Part shown: one piece after another, positions 32,148 through 43,076 of the stretch
Layout of the letters: each line of letters starts with the position of its first letter
Numbering within the stretch: the stretch's first letter is position 1
Source of the DNA: an uncultured Clostridia bacterium
GTDB lineage: Bacteria > Bacillota > Clostridia > TANB77 > CAG-465
NCBI GenBank assembly: GCA_944388575.1
Contig: CALXJF010000005.1
Coordinates: 1,495-65,494, forward strand
Reading direction: 5' to 3'
DNA: 64,000 nt
Made by a program: the position numbers and the translations under genes
Notes under the pieces: generated by a model
Seen by the model: only the letters and a program-made list of their open reading frames with translations
Databases searched by the model: none
Told to the model about the DNA's origin: nothing

Positions 32148-34016
32148 TTATTCTAATTCAAAAGCTCCCGTATATAATCTATAGTAAACACCTTTTTGTT
32201 TTATTAAGTCTTCATGGTTTCCTCTTTCTATAATTCTTCCATGATCTAAAACTATAATAGCCTTTGAATTTCTTACTGTAGAAAGTCTATGTGCTATAAC
32301 AAAAACAGTTCTTCCATTCATTAATTTATCCATTCCATCTTGTACAATTTTTTCTGTTCTTGTATCAATACTAGATGTCGCCTCATCTAATATCATAACA
32401 GGTGGATTATTAAGTGCAGCCCTTGCAATTGAAATTAATTGTTTTTGACCTTGTGAAAGACTTCCTCCATTACCATCTATCATAGTATTATATCCATTTG
32501 GTAAATGCATAATAAATTGATCTGCATTAGCAAGTTTTGCAGCCTCATAAACCTCTTCATCAGTAGCATTCTCATTTCCATATTTAATATTTTCTTTTAT
32601 AGTTCCTGTAAATAAATTAACATCTTGTAACACCATTCCAAGAGATCTTCTTAAATCCGCCTTTTTTATTTTATTTATATTAATCCCATCATATCTAATT
32701 TTACCATCTTCAATATCATAGAAACGATTTAAAAGATTTGTGATTGTTGTTTTTCCAGCACCTGTAGCTCCAACAAATGCTATTTTTTGTCCTGGCTTAG
32801 CATATAAACTAATATCATGTAAAATCGTTTTATTTTCTTGATATCCAAAGTCTACATTAGTAAGTTCAATATGTCCTTTTAATTCTACATATTCAAGTCT
32901 TCCATCATGATGTTTATGTTTCCATGCCCACATTCCTGTATAATGATCAACTTCTTGTATATTTCCATCAACATTTTTTGCATTTACTAAAGTAACATAT
33001 CCATTATCCACTTCTTTTTCTTCATCCATTAATTTAAATATCCTCTTAGCACCAGCAATAGCCATAACTACTAAATTTATCTGTTGAGCTAATTGAGTTA
33101 TTGGCATAGAAAAACTCTTACTTAAATTTAAAAATGAGGCGATAGCTCCAATTGTTAAACCTCCAATACCATTAATTGCAAGAAGACCACCAACTACACC
33201 AATTAAAACAAACTGTATATTACCAAGATTTGCAAGAGACGGCATCAATATATTTGAATATTTATTTGCAAGTGTTGTATCATCACAAAGAGAGTCATTT
33301 ATTCTTTTAAAGTTTTCTATTGCTTCTTCTTCATGTGAGAATACTTTAATTACTTTTTGACCATTTATCATCTCTTCTATATATCCATTTGCTTTTGCAA
33401 TTGATTCTTGTTGTCTAATAAAATATGTACTACTTTTCCCACCAATATCTTTAGTTACTTTTAACATTATACATAAGATAACTATAACTAGTAGAGTTAA
33501 ATATACACTTGTATAGATCATAGCTATAAATGTAGAAACAATTGTTACAACCAATGATACGATTTGAGGAATACCTCTTGAAATTAGCTCTCTTAAAGTG
33601 TCTGTATCATTTGTATAATAACTCATGATATCTCCATTTGTATGTGTATCAAAATACCTTATAGGAAGCTTTTGCATATTTGCAAACATCTCATCACGAA
33701 TAGATTTTAAAGTACCTTGCGATATCTTAGCCATTATTCTATTATACAAATAAGTTGAAAGTATCCCTACTAAATAAATACATGCCATCGTAGATAAAGC
33801 TTTTAGTAAAGGGGTAAATATAGGATTTGTCTCTGAAAGCATTGGAGTAATATAATCATCTATTAAACTTTGCAAAAATAATGAACTTGCCACATTAGTT
33901 AAAGAACTTAATATAACTAATATCATTACAATAAAAAATTGGAACTTATATTTCTTTAATATGTAACCAAATAATCTTTTTAAAGTTGACTTATCTAGTT
34001 TCTTTTCTTTATTCAT
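32148..34016 (-). CDS. ABC transporter ATP-binding/permease protein (type I exporter, heterodimer partner)
   Basis: 6 TM plus NBD with Walker A GATGAGKTT, LSQGQKQ, ILDEATS. Confidence 0.9.
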   Translation of the reverse strand: MNKEKKLDKSTLKRLFGYILKKYKFQFFIVMILVILSSLTNVASSLFLQSLIDDYITPMLSETNPIFTPLLKALSTMACIYLVGILSTYLYNRIMAKISQGTLKSIRDEMFANMQKLPIRYFDTHTNGDIMSYYTNDTDTLRELISRGIPQIVSLVVTIVSTFIAMIYTSVYLTLLVIVILCIMLKVTKDIGGKSSTYFIRQQESIAKANGYIEEMINGQKVIKVFSHEEEAIENFKRINDSLCDDTTLANKYSNILMPSLANLGNIQFVLIGVVGGLLAINGIGGLTIGAIASFLNLSKSFSMPITQLAQQINLVVMAIAGAKRIFKLMDEEKEVDNGYVTLVNAKNVDGNIQEVDHYTGMWAWKHKHHDGRLEYVELKGHIELTNVDFGYQENKTILHDISLYAKPGQKIAFVGATGAGKTTITNLLNRFYDIEDGKIRYDGININKIKKADLRRSLGMVLQDVNLFTGTIKENIKYGNENATDEEVYEAAKLANADQFIMHLPNGYNTMIDGNGGSLSQGQKQLISIARAALNNPPVMILDEATSSIDTRTEKIVQDGMDKLMNGRTVFVIAHRLSTVRNSKAIIVLDHGRIIERGNHEDLIKQKGVYYRLYTGAFELE

Positions 34017-35742
34017 TAGATGTACCTCCTTTCACTTGAGACTCATACACATCTTTGTATATTTCATTACTTTTTAGTAATTCCTCATGAGTACCTATAC
34101 CATTTATCTCACCATTGTCTAAAACTATAATATTATCACTATCTTCTACTGAAGAAATTCTTTGAGCTATTATAATTTTTGTAGTATTAGGGATTTCTCT
34201 AGCAAAAGCTTTTCTTATCAAACTATCTGTTTTAGTATCTACTGCTGATGTTGAATCATCTAATATTAATATTTTTGGTTTCTTTAGAATGGCTCTAGCT
34301 ATACAAAGTCTTTGTTTTTGTCCACCTGATAAATTAGCCCCACCTTCTTCAATATATGTTTCATATTTATCTATAAATCCATTTATAAACTCATCAGCTT
34401 GTGCTAACTTACATGCTCTGATTATTTCCTCTTCTGTAGCATTTTTATTTCCCCATTTTAGATTATCTATAATTGTTCCTGAAAATAGTTCATTTTTTTG
34501 AAGCACCATTGAAACTGAATCTCTTAAAACTTTTATATCATAGTCTTTAACATTAATTCCACCTACTCTAATTTCACCGTCACTTACATCGTATAATCTA
34601 GGTATTAATTGAACTAATGTTGATTTTGAACTTCCTGTTCCTCCTATAATTCCAATAGTCTGTCCTTCTGCTATATTTAGATTAATGTTCTTTAAACACA
34701 ATTTATTTCTATCTTTGACATAACTAAAACTTACATTTTTAAATTCTATTGAACCACTTTTTACCTCCATAACAGGATTATTTCCATTTTTTAAATCTGG
34801 TTCTTCATCTAAAACTTCTATAATTCTTTCTGATGACTCTGCCGCTATTGTAATCATAACAAATATCATAGCTAAAAGCATTAAACTAGACAATATTTGC
34901 ATAGCATAAGATATTAAACTTGTTAACTCACCAGTAGTAAGTGTGCCACCTACTATACATTTAGCTCCAAGCCATGAAATTAAAGTTATGCATGTATATA
35001 TAGTAAATTGCATTAGTGGATTATTTAATGCAAGTAACATTTCCGCTTTAGAAAAATCTTTATAAATAGATTTTGAAACCTTTTCGAATTTCTTTATCTC
35101 TTTATCTTCTTTTACAAAAGATTTAACAACTCTTATTCCTTTTACATTTTCTTGAACAACATTATTTAATTTATCATAAGTATTAAAAACTCTTTCAAAT
35201 ATTGGATGAGCTTTTTTGGCAATAAGTATTAATAAAGCTCCTAGTATAGGAGATGCTATTAAGAATACCAAAGCTATATTTGCATTTGTTGTAAAAGCCA
35301 TTAACATTGCAAATATTATTGTAATAGGTGCTCTAACTGCTCCTCTTATAATCATCATAAATGCTTGCTGTACATTAGTTACATCGGTTGTAAGTCTTGT
35401 TACTAAACTAGATGTACTAAACTTATCAATATTAAAAAAAGAGAATTTTTGTATTTTTTCATACATATCTTGTCTTAAGTTTTTAGCAAAACCTGCTGAA
35501 GCAATAGCTGCATTTTTTCCTGATTGCACACCAAAAAATAATGATAAGAATGCTGCTATTAAAAGTTCTCCTCCTATTTTTAGGATAACATCCATATCAC
35601 CTTGATTAATTCCTTGATCAATTAATTTAGCTAGTAAAAATGGAATTATTATTTCCATTGCTACTTCTAATACCATAAAAATTGGTGTAAGAAGTGTTGA
35701 CCTTTTATATTCCTTTATTGATCGTATTAGTTTTTTTATCAT
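34009..35742 (-). CDS. ABC transporter ATP-binding/permease protein (type I exporter, heterodimer partner)
   Basis: 6 TM plus NBD GGTGSSKST, LSGGQKQR, ILDDSTS; 8-bp overlap with its partner. Confidence 0.9.
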   Translation of the reverse strand: MIKKLIRSIKEYKRSTLLTPIFMVLEVAMEIIIPFLLAKLIDQGINQGDMDVILKIGGELLIAAFLSLFFGVQSGKNAAIASAGFAKNLRQDMYEKIQKFSFFNIDKFSTSSLVTRLTTDVTNVQQAFMMIIRGAVRAPITIIFAMLMAFTTNANIALVFLIASPILGALLILIAKKAHPIFERVFNTYDKLNNVVQENVKGIRVVKSFVKEDKEIKKFEKVSKSIYKDFSKAEMLLALNNPLMQFTIYTCITLISWLGAKCIVGGTLTTGELTSLISYAMQILSSLMLLAMIFVMITIAAESSERIIEVLDEEPDLKNGNNPVMEVKSGSIEFKNVSFSYVKDRNKLCLKNINLNIAEGQTIGIIGGTGSSKSTLVQLIPRLYDVSDGEIRVGGINVKDYDIKVLRDSVSMVLQKNELFSGTIIDNLKWGNKNATEEEIIRACKLAQADEFINGFIDKYETYIEEGGANLSGGQKQRLCIARAILKKPKILILDDSTSAVDTKTDSLIRKAFAREIPNTTKIIIAQRISSVEDSDNIIVLDNGEINGIGTHEELLKSNEIYKDVYESQVKGGTSNE

Positions 35743-35767
35743 CTAACTCCCCTCCTGCATAAATTAA

Positions 35768-35802
35768 GAAATGCAAAAATCACAAATTGCATTTTGCATT
35801 TC
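35768..35802. promoter_or_regulatory. 11-bp palindrome GAAATGCAAAA-N13-TTTTGCATTTC in the leader of the ABC exporter operon
   Basis: about 12 nt upstream of the AGGAGGGG Shine-Dalgarno of the first exporter gene; candidate operator or leader hairpin. Confidence 0.3.
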
Positions 35803-36165
35803 TATATAATATTTTCGTAACAAAATATAATCATCTAATTTTTTTCTATTGCTACATTAATTATGTATTATAACATAAAATTTTATTTTTTGTAATACTT
35901 ATTTTAAAAAAAATTATTTTTACTTTATAATCATAATACTTTTAAATAATATTATTTTAATTAATTACTTTTATAATCCTATTTATAAAATTATCTTTAT
36001 TAGATAATATTTCTCTATGTTCATTTAAAACTTCGTCAAATTTCTTATCTTCTAAATATACTTTTACAAATACAAATTATTTGTATTTTCCAGATAAAAA
36101 TTTATTTTAGTGTAATATTTTAAAATTTTCTTATCATGTATACTTATGCTACCTTATCAGTATGT

Positions 36166-37530
36166 TCATGATCTTTTCAATTCCAGAGTTGTTACCACTT
36201 CACAGTGTTCAGTAAATGGAAACATATCTACTGGAACTACTTTTTTTATCTCATATTTACTTTCAAGTAACTTTAAATCTCGACTTAAAGTTGCCGGATT
36301 ACAACTAACGTATCCTATTTTTTTAGGATTAAAAGCTAAAATATATTTAATACTCTTCTCGTCTAATCCTTTTCTTGGTGGATCAACAACAATAATATCA
36401 GGTTTTATATTTCGTATTTTAAACTCTTCTATTTTATCCTCTACACTTCCTGCAATATACTCGGCATTTGTGACATTATTCTCTATAATATTTAGATTAG
36501 CCATCTTAACTGCCTCTTTTTCAATCTCAATACCATATATTTTCTTTGCCTCTTTACTTAAAAAAATACCTATTGATCCAACACCACTATATAAATCAAA
36601 TATAACTTCATCTTTATTTATTAATAACGATTCTTTTAATACAGAATATAACACCTCTGCTTGAAGGGTATTAACTTGAAAAAAAGATTTTGGAGAAATA
36701 AAAAATTTAAAATCTCCTATATAATCACTAATATACTCATCACCTAGTATATGTTCTAACTTATCCCCCAATATTTCATTAGTATTATTTTCATTTACAT
36801 TAATAAATACACTCTTAATACATTCATTTTTTCTTACTATATTCTTTAATATATCAATCAATTTGCTATCATAAACTAACTCTTCTTTATTTACAATAAC
36901 TACTACCATTATTTCTTTTGTATGATACCCTCTTCTAATTAGTAAATGTCTTATATCACCACTGTTATCTTCTTCGTTATATCCTTTAAAACCAGATTTA
37001 ATCAAATCCTCAGACAATTCCTTGGCCAATATATCTATAACTCTATTTTGTATATAACAACAATTATTATATATTACATTATGACTTCTTTTTAAGTAAA
37101 ATCCAATTTTAGAATTTCCTTTACTATCTTGCCTCATTGGATACTGTACTTTATTTCTATAGTAATATGGAAGCCCCATTCCCACAGTGTTCTCTATTTT
37201 AGGATATTTCAATTTTTGTTTATCAAATAAATTTTTTACAAGCTTACTTTTTAATATCAATTGCATATCATATTCTATATGTTGACTGCTGCAACCACCA
37301 CATTTTCCAAACACGTCACAAAAAGGTTTTACTCTATATCTACTTTCTGTTATCATTTGTTCTATTTTAGCTATAGCATAATTTTTATTTACTTTTATAA
37401 ATTTTGCTAAAACGGTTTCCCCTATAATAGCTCCAGGAACAAAAACAACCATATTATTATTTTTTGCTATACCTTCAAAATTCATTCCATTATCTATTAT
37501 TTCTAATTTTGAAACATCATTTTTCTTCAA
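36166..37530 (-). CDS. rlmD: 23S rRNA (uracil-5-)-methyltransferase RlmD/RumA (TRAM plus 4Fe-4S plus methyltransferase)
   Basis: CGGCSSQH cluster motif, DLYSGVGSIG SAM motif, C-terminal catalytic Cys region. Confidence 0.9.
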   Translation of the reverse strand: MKKNDVSKLEIIDNGMNFEGIAKNNNMVVFVPGAIIGETVLAKFIKVNKNYAIAKIEQMITESRYRVKPFCDVFGKCGGCSSQHIEYDMQLILKSKLVKNLFDKQKLKYPKIENTVGMGLPYYYRNKVQYPMRQDSKGNSKIGFYLKRSHNVIYNNCCYIQNRVIDILAKELSEDLIKSGFKGYNEEDNSGDIRHLLIRRGYHTKEIMVVVIVNKEELVYDSKLIDILKNIVRKNECIKSVFINVNENNTNEILGDKLEHILGDEYISDYIGDFKFFISPKSFFQVNTLQAEVLYSVLKESLLINKDEVIFDLYSGVGSIGIFLSKEAKKIYGIEIEKEAVKMANLNIIENNVTNAEYIAGSVEDKIEEFKIRNIKPDIIVVDPPRKGLDEKSIKYILAFNPKKIGYVSCNPATLSRDLKLLESKYEIKKVVPVDMFPFTEHCEVVTTLELKRS

Positions 37531-37753
37531 AAACTTCTCTCCTTTTTAAATATCTTTATATATACATATATATGACTTTATTAACCTTTATTATTAATCT
37601 AATTATAACATGCATATAACATTTAGTAAATGAAATAATGGTAATTTTATTTTTTAATGTAACCATTTAAATTAAATATGAATATAGTATATTAAATTAG
37701 AAAAGTAAGATAGAAAAAATCTTCAAACTTTTCTAATTAAAGGAGTGTTATAT

Positions 37754-37894
37754 ATGTGCAAAGATAATTCGTGTATATGGTTTGCATTACTAATAGCAAT
37801 ATTTTTCAACTGTAGACCTCTTAGAGATAATTCATCTAGACCATTGAACGTCGATACTTTCTTTGAGTTAGACAGTTCATCTCCTATTTTCTAA
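37754..37894 (+). CDS. small hydrophobic Cys-containing peptide (46 aa), unannotated
   Basis: AGGAG Shine-Dalgarno 8 nt upstream; MCKDNSCIWFALLIAIFFNC...; immediately upstream of the second small ORF. Confidence 0.35.
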   Translation: MCKDNSCIWFALLIAIFFNCRPLRDNSSRPLNVDTFFELDSSSPIF

Positions 37895-37923
37895 TAGGAG
37901 CTACATGCAAAGGGGTGAATTAA

Positions 37924-38067
37924 ATGATGGATGAAAGATGCGGATGCGGATGTGGATGCAATAATGGTTGCGGATGCGGATGCAATAACGGATTATTCGG
38001 TGGCGGAAATTGTTGCTGCATATGGATTATTTTAATAATCATAGTTCTTTGCTGTTGTTGTTGCTAA
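37924..38067 (+). CDS. YjcZ-like tiny Gly/Cys-rich transmembrane sporulation peptide (47 aa), unannotated
   Basis: AAAGGGG Shine-Dalgarno 7 nt upstream; MMDERCGCGCGCNNGCGCGCNNGLFGGGNCCCIWIILIIIVLCCCCC. Confidence 0.5.
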   Translation: MMDERCGCGCGCNNGCGCGCNNGLFGGGNCCCIWIILIIIVLCCCCC

Positions 38068-38168
38068 TATATATAGCACATAATAACTACATAAAAGGTA
38101 AGAGAAATGCCCTCTTACCTTTATTTTTCAATTTTATACTTAGTTTATATGTTTCTTTAGTAAAAAAA

Positions 38169-39204
38169 TTAAAACTCCATACCTTTTATAAATTCCCCTG
38201 TTCCTTGATTAGTGTAAAATACATTATTTACTGTATCATACATACCAACTATATTGTCACAATTTCTATAACAAGGCACCATATTTCTTACTAATACATT
38301 ATTTTCGTATATTTTACAATTATATATTTTTATATTACCTGCAGCTTCTTTTAATAAAGTTCCATTATTATTCACTGCTAATATATAAAAAGATTGATTA
38401 GTATCAAAATTTTTTTCTGAAACATTATTAATTAATTTATCATCTATATAAAATCCTTCCTTTGATAATTTTGCTACAATCCTACTGTTACTATTAACAA
38501 CAAAGTCTGTTATTACATTTCCAGAACCATATTTATATGTTGCAAAACTTCCATTATCAGCATTATTAACTCCAATCGAAAAAGAACTGTTTGAAACTGA
38601 ATTTCCATATGCACCAATAGCCACTTTATACGCGTTAGTTTGCTGTGAATACTCATAATCTATCTCAACACAAGAATTAGAAGTTGCTACGTATTTTGTA
38701 TCTATATACTGATCACTAACAGTATTAGATGCTCCACTCCCTTGAATATATTCAAGTCTAGTATATCCTATTGGTAATTGTTCATCTGTTGCTATACCTA
38801 CATCTTTAAAGTATTTTAATTCCACATCATCTTCTCCTGTATATATAAGCTTACCATTACATATGGCAATACTATTTAAATATTTTTTAGGAACGTCACC
38901 TAGGACATCTATAATTGTTCTCCCATCAATTTTTTCTCCACCGTTCATAAAGTTCATTTTTCGTTGCATTTAATTTCTTTTTATCATATTGACCATCATT
39001 ACTAAGAGTTTTATTTGAAACATATAGCATAAGTTGTTCATTAAATGTTTTTATATCGTTTTTAAAAGTGGATTCTTTTGCATTTTCGACCGGATTATTT
39101 TTGATTACATTTAATAATACAGCTACTGCCAATATTATTATAACAACTATTGTTATTACCAATATAATTAAACTTATTCCTTTTCTTTGATTCACTACTA
39201 CCAC
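38169..39204 (-). CDS. prepilin-like N-terminal TM protein with a large C-terminal domain, interrupted by a +1 frameshift at about 38946-38948
   Basis: N-part QRKGISLIILVITIVVIIILA...NELYE-RWRKN-stop; C-part continues GGEKIDGRTIID...; removing the C in gaa-c-ggt fuses them; paralogous N-terminus to 51778..53190. Confidence 0.55.
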
Positions 39205-39335
39205 CTATATTTTAAATTTATAAAGTATATTATATATTATATAATTCTTTATATACAACAACTATAATATTTTTTTTATTATTATGGTAATAACATTTTT
39301 ACATAAAAAAGAAGACTAATTAAATTTAATCTTCT

Positions 39336-42170
39336 TTATAACAATTTTTTTAGAAACTTTCCCGTATAACTTTCTTCACAACTTGCTACCTGTTCAGGTG
39401 TACCACAAGTTACTATTGTTCCTCCTCTATCTCCACCTTCTGGACCTAGATCTATAATATAATCAGCAGATTTTATAACATCTAAATTATGTTCAATTAC
39501 AACTAATGTATTATTAGAATCTGTTAATCTTTGTAAGATAGTAATTAGTTTGTGTACATCAGCCATATGTAAACCAGTAGTAGGCTCATCTAGTATATAT
39601 AACGTTTGTCCAGTCGATCTTTTAGAAAGTTCGGTTGCTAATTTAATTCTTTGAGCTTCTCCTCCAGATAAGGTTGTAGAAGGTTGCCCTAAAGTTATAT
39701 AACCAAGTCCCACATCCATAAGTGTTTGCAACTTATTTTTGATAGTAGAAATATTCTTAAAAAATTCTAATCCTTCTTCAACAGTCATATTTAATACATC
39801 ACTTATATTTTTACCTTTATATTTTACCTCTAAAGTTTCTCTATTATATCTTTTTCCTTTACAAACTTCACAAGGTACATATACATCTGGTAAAAAATGC
39901 ATTTCTATTTTTATTATTCCATCTCCTGAACAAGCTTCACATCTACCACCATGAACATTAAAACTAAATCTTCCTTTTTGGTATCCTCTGATTTTAGCTT
40001 CATTTGTAGACGCAAATATATCTCTTATAGCATCAAACATTCCTGTATATGTTGCAGGATTAGAACGTGGAGTTCTACCAATTGGGGACTGATCTATATT
40101 AATAATCTTATCAATCTTTTCAAGTCCTGTAATCTTACTATGTTTTCCAGCTCGTATTCTACTATTATTTAATTTGTTAGCCACAGCCTTATATAATATT
40201 TCATTAACAAGAGTTGATTTACCACTCCCTGAAACACCAGTCACACAAGTAAATGAACCTACTGGTATTTTCACATTAATATTTTTTAAATTATGCTCTT
40301 TTGCTCCTTTTATTTCAATATATCCATTTTGAGGTTTTCTTCTATTTTTAGGGACCTCAATCTTTAATTTTCCACTTAAATATTTTCCCGTTATAGAATC
40401 ATTACAATTTACTATTTCATTTGGACTACCAGCAAATACAACATTTCCTCCATGTACTCCCGGTCCTGGTCCAATATCAACAATAAAATCAGACTCTCTC
40501 ATTGTATCTTCGTCATGTTCAACTACAATTAAAGTGTTACCTAAATCTCTCATCTTTTTTAATGATGAAAGTAACTTTTCATTATCTCTTTGATGTAGTC
40601 CAATACTTGGCTCATCAAGTATATATAATACTCCTGTAAGTCCAGAACCAATTTGAGTTGCAAGCCTAATTCTTTGAGCTTCTCCTCCAGAAAGAGTACC
40701 AGATGCCCTAGATAAAGTTAAATAATCTAACCCAACATCAATTAAAAATTGTAATCTACTATTTAATTCTTTTATAATTTGTTCAGAAATCTTTTTAGCT
40801 TTATTGGACATCTTATCATTATATACTTTATTTACAAATTCTTTAATAGCTAATATATTTTTATTACATAATTCATGAATATTTAATCCACCAATTTTTA
40901 CAGACAAAACTTCCTTTTTTAGTCTTGCACCATTACATGTTGTACAAGGTGTCGTAGACATTAAAGTCTCATAATATGTTTTCATTGCAGGAGATTTCGT
41001 TTCTGAAAACCTTCTTTCTAAAGTGTTAATCACTCCTTCAAATTCAGCCTCAAACTTTCTTGATACAGTTTTGCTATTATGTTCAAATTTAATTTTTTCT
41101 TCTCCACTTCCATAAAGTAAGATATTCATAAAATCTTTTGGTAAGTCTTTGAGCTTAGTATTAGGATCTATACTATAGTGTTCACATAATCCTTTTATAT
41201 ACATACCACTTATAGTATCAATTATACTACCTCCACCAGACCATCCTTGTATTGCACCGTACTGATTTAATCTCTTACTTTTATCTGGCATAATTTTATC
41301 AATATCAATTTTTAATAACTCTCCCAGTCCCATACAAGAAGGACATGCACCAAATGGACTATTAAACGAAAACATTCTTGGAGTTAACTCTTCTAAACTA
41401 ATACCACAATCCGGACAAGAATAATTTTGTGAAAATAGTTGTTCTTCCCCATCTAATTTGGCAATTATTACTAAATCATTAGCTTGTTTTAAAGAAAGTT
41501 CTACAGAATCAGATAATCTCTTTACTATATCTTCTGAAATAACTAATCTATCTACAACTACTTCAATATTATGTTTTTGTTGTTTATTTAACTCAGGAAT
41601 TCCTTCAGATAAATCATACATTTGATTATCAATTCTACATCTAACAAAGCCATCTTTTAATACTTGTTCTAATACTTTTACATGTTCACCTTTTTTACCA
41701 CGTATAATCGGTGCTAACACAAGTATTTTAGTTCCTTCATCCATTTCCATAATTTGATCTACTATTTCATCTACACTTTGTTTTCTTATTCGTTTTCCAC
41801 AATTTGGACAATGCGGAATTCCAACTCTTGCATATAGTAACCTTAAATAATCATATATTTCTGTTACTGTTCCAACAGTAGAACGAGGATTTTTTGAAGT
41901 AGTTTTTTGATCTATAGAAATTGCCGGAGAAAGCCCCTCTATTAATTCTACATCTGGCTTTTCCATCAAACCTAAAAACTGCCTAGCATAAGAAGAAAGA
42001 GATTCTACATATCTACGTTGTCCTTCAGCATAAATTGTATCAAAAGCAAGCGATGATTTACCAGAACCTGAAAGCCCTGTAAATACCACTAACTTATCCC
42101 TTGGAATTTCTAAATTTACATTTTTTAAATTATGTTCTTTTGCCCCTTTTATAATTAATTTATCATTCAT
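39336..42170 (-). CDS. uvrA: excinuclease ABC subunit A
   Basis: two ABC ATPase modules and zinc fingers; likely start [17 protein letters not shown] with a GGAG Shine-Dalgarno. Confidence 0.95.
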   Translation of the reverse strand: MNDKLIIKGAKEHNLKNVNLEIPRDKLVVFTGLSGSGKSSLAFDTIYAEGQRRYVESLSSYARQFLGLMEKPDVELIEGLSPAISIDQKTTSKNPRSTVGTVTEIYDYLRLLYARVGIPHCPNCGKRIRKQSVDEIVDQIMEMDEGTKILVLAPIIRGKKGEHVKVLEQVLKDGFVRCRIDNQMYDLSEGIPELNKQQKHNIEVVVDRLVISEDIVKRLSDSVELSLKQANDLVIIAKLDGEEQLFSQNYSCPDCGISLEELTPRMFSFNSPFGACPSCMGLGELLKIDIDKIMPDKSKRLNQYGAIQGWSGGGSIIDTISGMYIKGLCEHYSIDPNTKLKDLPKDFMNILLYGSGEEKIKFEHNSKTVSRKFEAEFEGVINTLERRFSETKSPAMKTYYETLMSTTPCTTCNGARLKKEVLSVKIGGLNIHELCNKNILAIKEFVNKVYNDKMSNKAKKISEQIIKELNSRLQFLIDVGLDYLTLSRASGTLSGGEAQRIRLATQIGSGLTGVLYILDEPSIGLHQRDNEKLLSSLKKMRDLGNTLIVVEHDEDTMRESDFIVDIGPGPGVHGGNVVFAGSPNEIVNCNDSITGKYLSGKLKIEVPKNRRKPQNGYIEIKGAKEHNLKNINVKIPVGSFTCVTGVSGSGKSTLVNEILYKAVANKLNNSRIRAGKHSKITGLEKIDKIINIDQSPIGRTPRSNPATYTGMFDAIRDIFASTNEAKIRGYQKGRFSFNVHGGRCEACSGDGIIKIEMHFLPDVYVPCEVCKGKRYNRETLEVKYKGKNISDVLNMTVEEGLEFFKNISTIKNKLQTLMDVGLGYITLGQPSTTLSGGEAQRIKLATELSKRSTGQTLYILDEPTTGLHMADVHKLITILQRLTDSNNTLVVIEHNLDVIKSADYIIDLGPEGGDRGGTIVTCGTPEQVASCEESYTGKFLKKLL

Positions 42171-42209
42171 AATAATACACTCCATATTAATGAATATATT
42201 ATACATCAT

Positions 42210-42223
42210 GAACATGCGTTTGT
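42210..42223 (-). promoter_or_regulatory. candidate LexA (Cheo/SOS) box GAACATGCGTTTGT upstream of uvrA
   Basis: 12/14 match to the Firmicute consensus CGAACRNRYGTTYC, 40-55 nt upstream of the uvrA start. Confidence 0.4.
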
Positions 42224-42295
42224 CAATATACTACATTTTTTATTTATATACAAAAAGATTGGCTTTAACTTGTAAAACCAATCCTTATCTTCACA

Positions 42296-42829
42296 TTATC
42301 TATTTCTGCGCTTTAAAATATTAAATGCAAATACATATATAAAAATTATGAATATAATTGATGCATATGCTCCAATTGTTTCGTAATTATGAATATAATA
42401 TTTACCATTTTTTAATTCTAAATCACCATATTTAATTACTTCATTCTTTTTTCCTTCCTTATAATCTACACTAACTTTAACTTTTGATAGATCTCTTTGA
42501 TCAATATAGTCAAATTTTTTAAATAGTTCATTATCTTTAGAAATTACCACCGCATCTTGATCTACAATATTATAAGAAAAAATTCCCGTATCAAGTTTTT
42601 TATTTTCAATCTTATATGATATCTTTTTACTTTGTAACTTCTCTTCTAATTCCTGAAGCGTTTTTGTTTCATTTGTCTCTGTATAAATAGTGTGAATATC
42701 CGTTACATCAATAATAGGACTATACCACTGTTTCATACCATTGTTGTTTAATCTAATCAGTAAAAATATTATTCCAATAATAATTAAACATACAATAGCA
42801 CTTATAATTGCAAACTTCCGATTTTTCAT
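42296..42829 (-). CDS. hypothetical bitopic membrane protein
   Basis: 177 aa; N-terminal signal-anchor; in-frame CGG at codon 4 read as Arg in an otherwise normal N-region. Confidence 0.5.
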   Translation of the reverse strand: MKNRKFAIISAIVCLIIIGIIFLLIRLNNNGMKQWYSPIIDVTDIHTIYTETNETKTLQELEEKLQSKKISYKIENKKLDTGIFSYNIVDQDAVVISKDNELFKKFDYIDQRDLSKVKVSVDYKEGKKNEVIKYGDLELKNGKYYIHNYETIGAYASIIFIIFIYVFAFNILKRRNR

Positions 42830-43076
42830 AATATAATCTCCTCCTAAATCTAGAAAAATATATAAAATAAGATATAAATATTATAACATATAGTACTAAC
42901 AAATGCAATGTTTTACATAATTTTATTAAAAATCATTCATTCTATATACTTTTAAAACTTATTAAATTTTATATATTGTAAACTAGTTATATAAATATAG
43001 GAGGGGTTTTATATATGGATAATAAAAGAAAAAATGTGTATATAACAATATTTGTTATAACCACAATAATTGCAGG

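Noticed and set aside
35990-36120. Protein-like minus-strand translation (..DEVLNEHREILSNKDNFINRIIKVIN) upstream of the ABC exporter operon
   Set aside because: A stop lies immediately upstream and there is no ATG/GTG/TTG in the open stretch, so this is not an ORF.
38926-39204. Calling the short pilin-like ORFs genuine type IV pilins
   Set aside because: Both N-termini lack the invariant Glu at position +5 after the Gly cleavage site, so I label them only as prepilin-like signal anchors.
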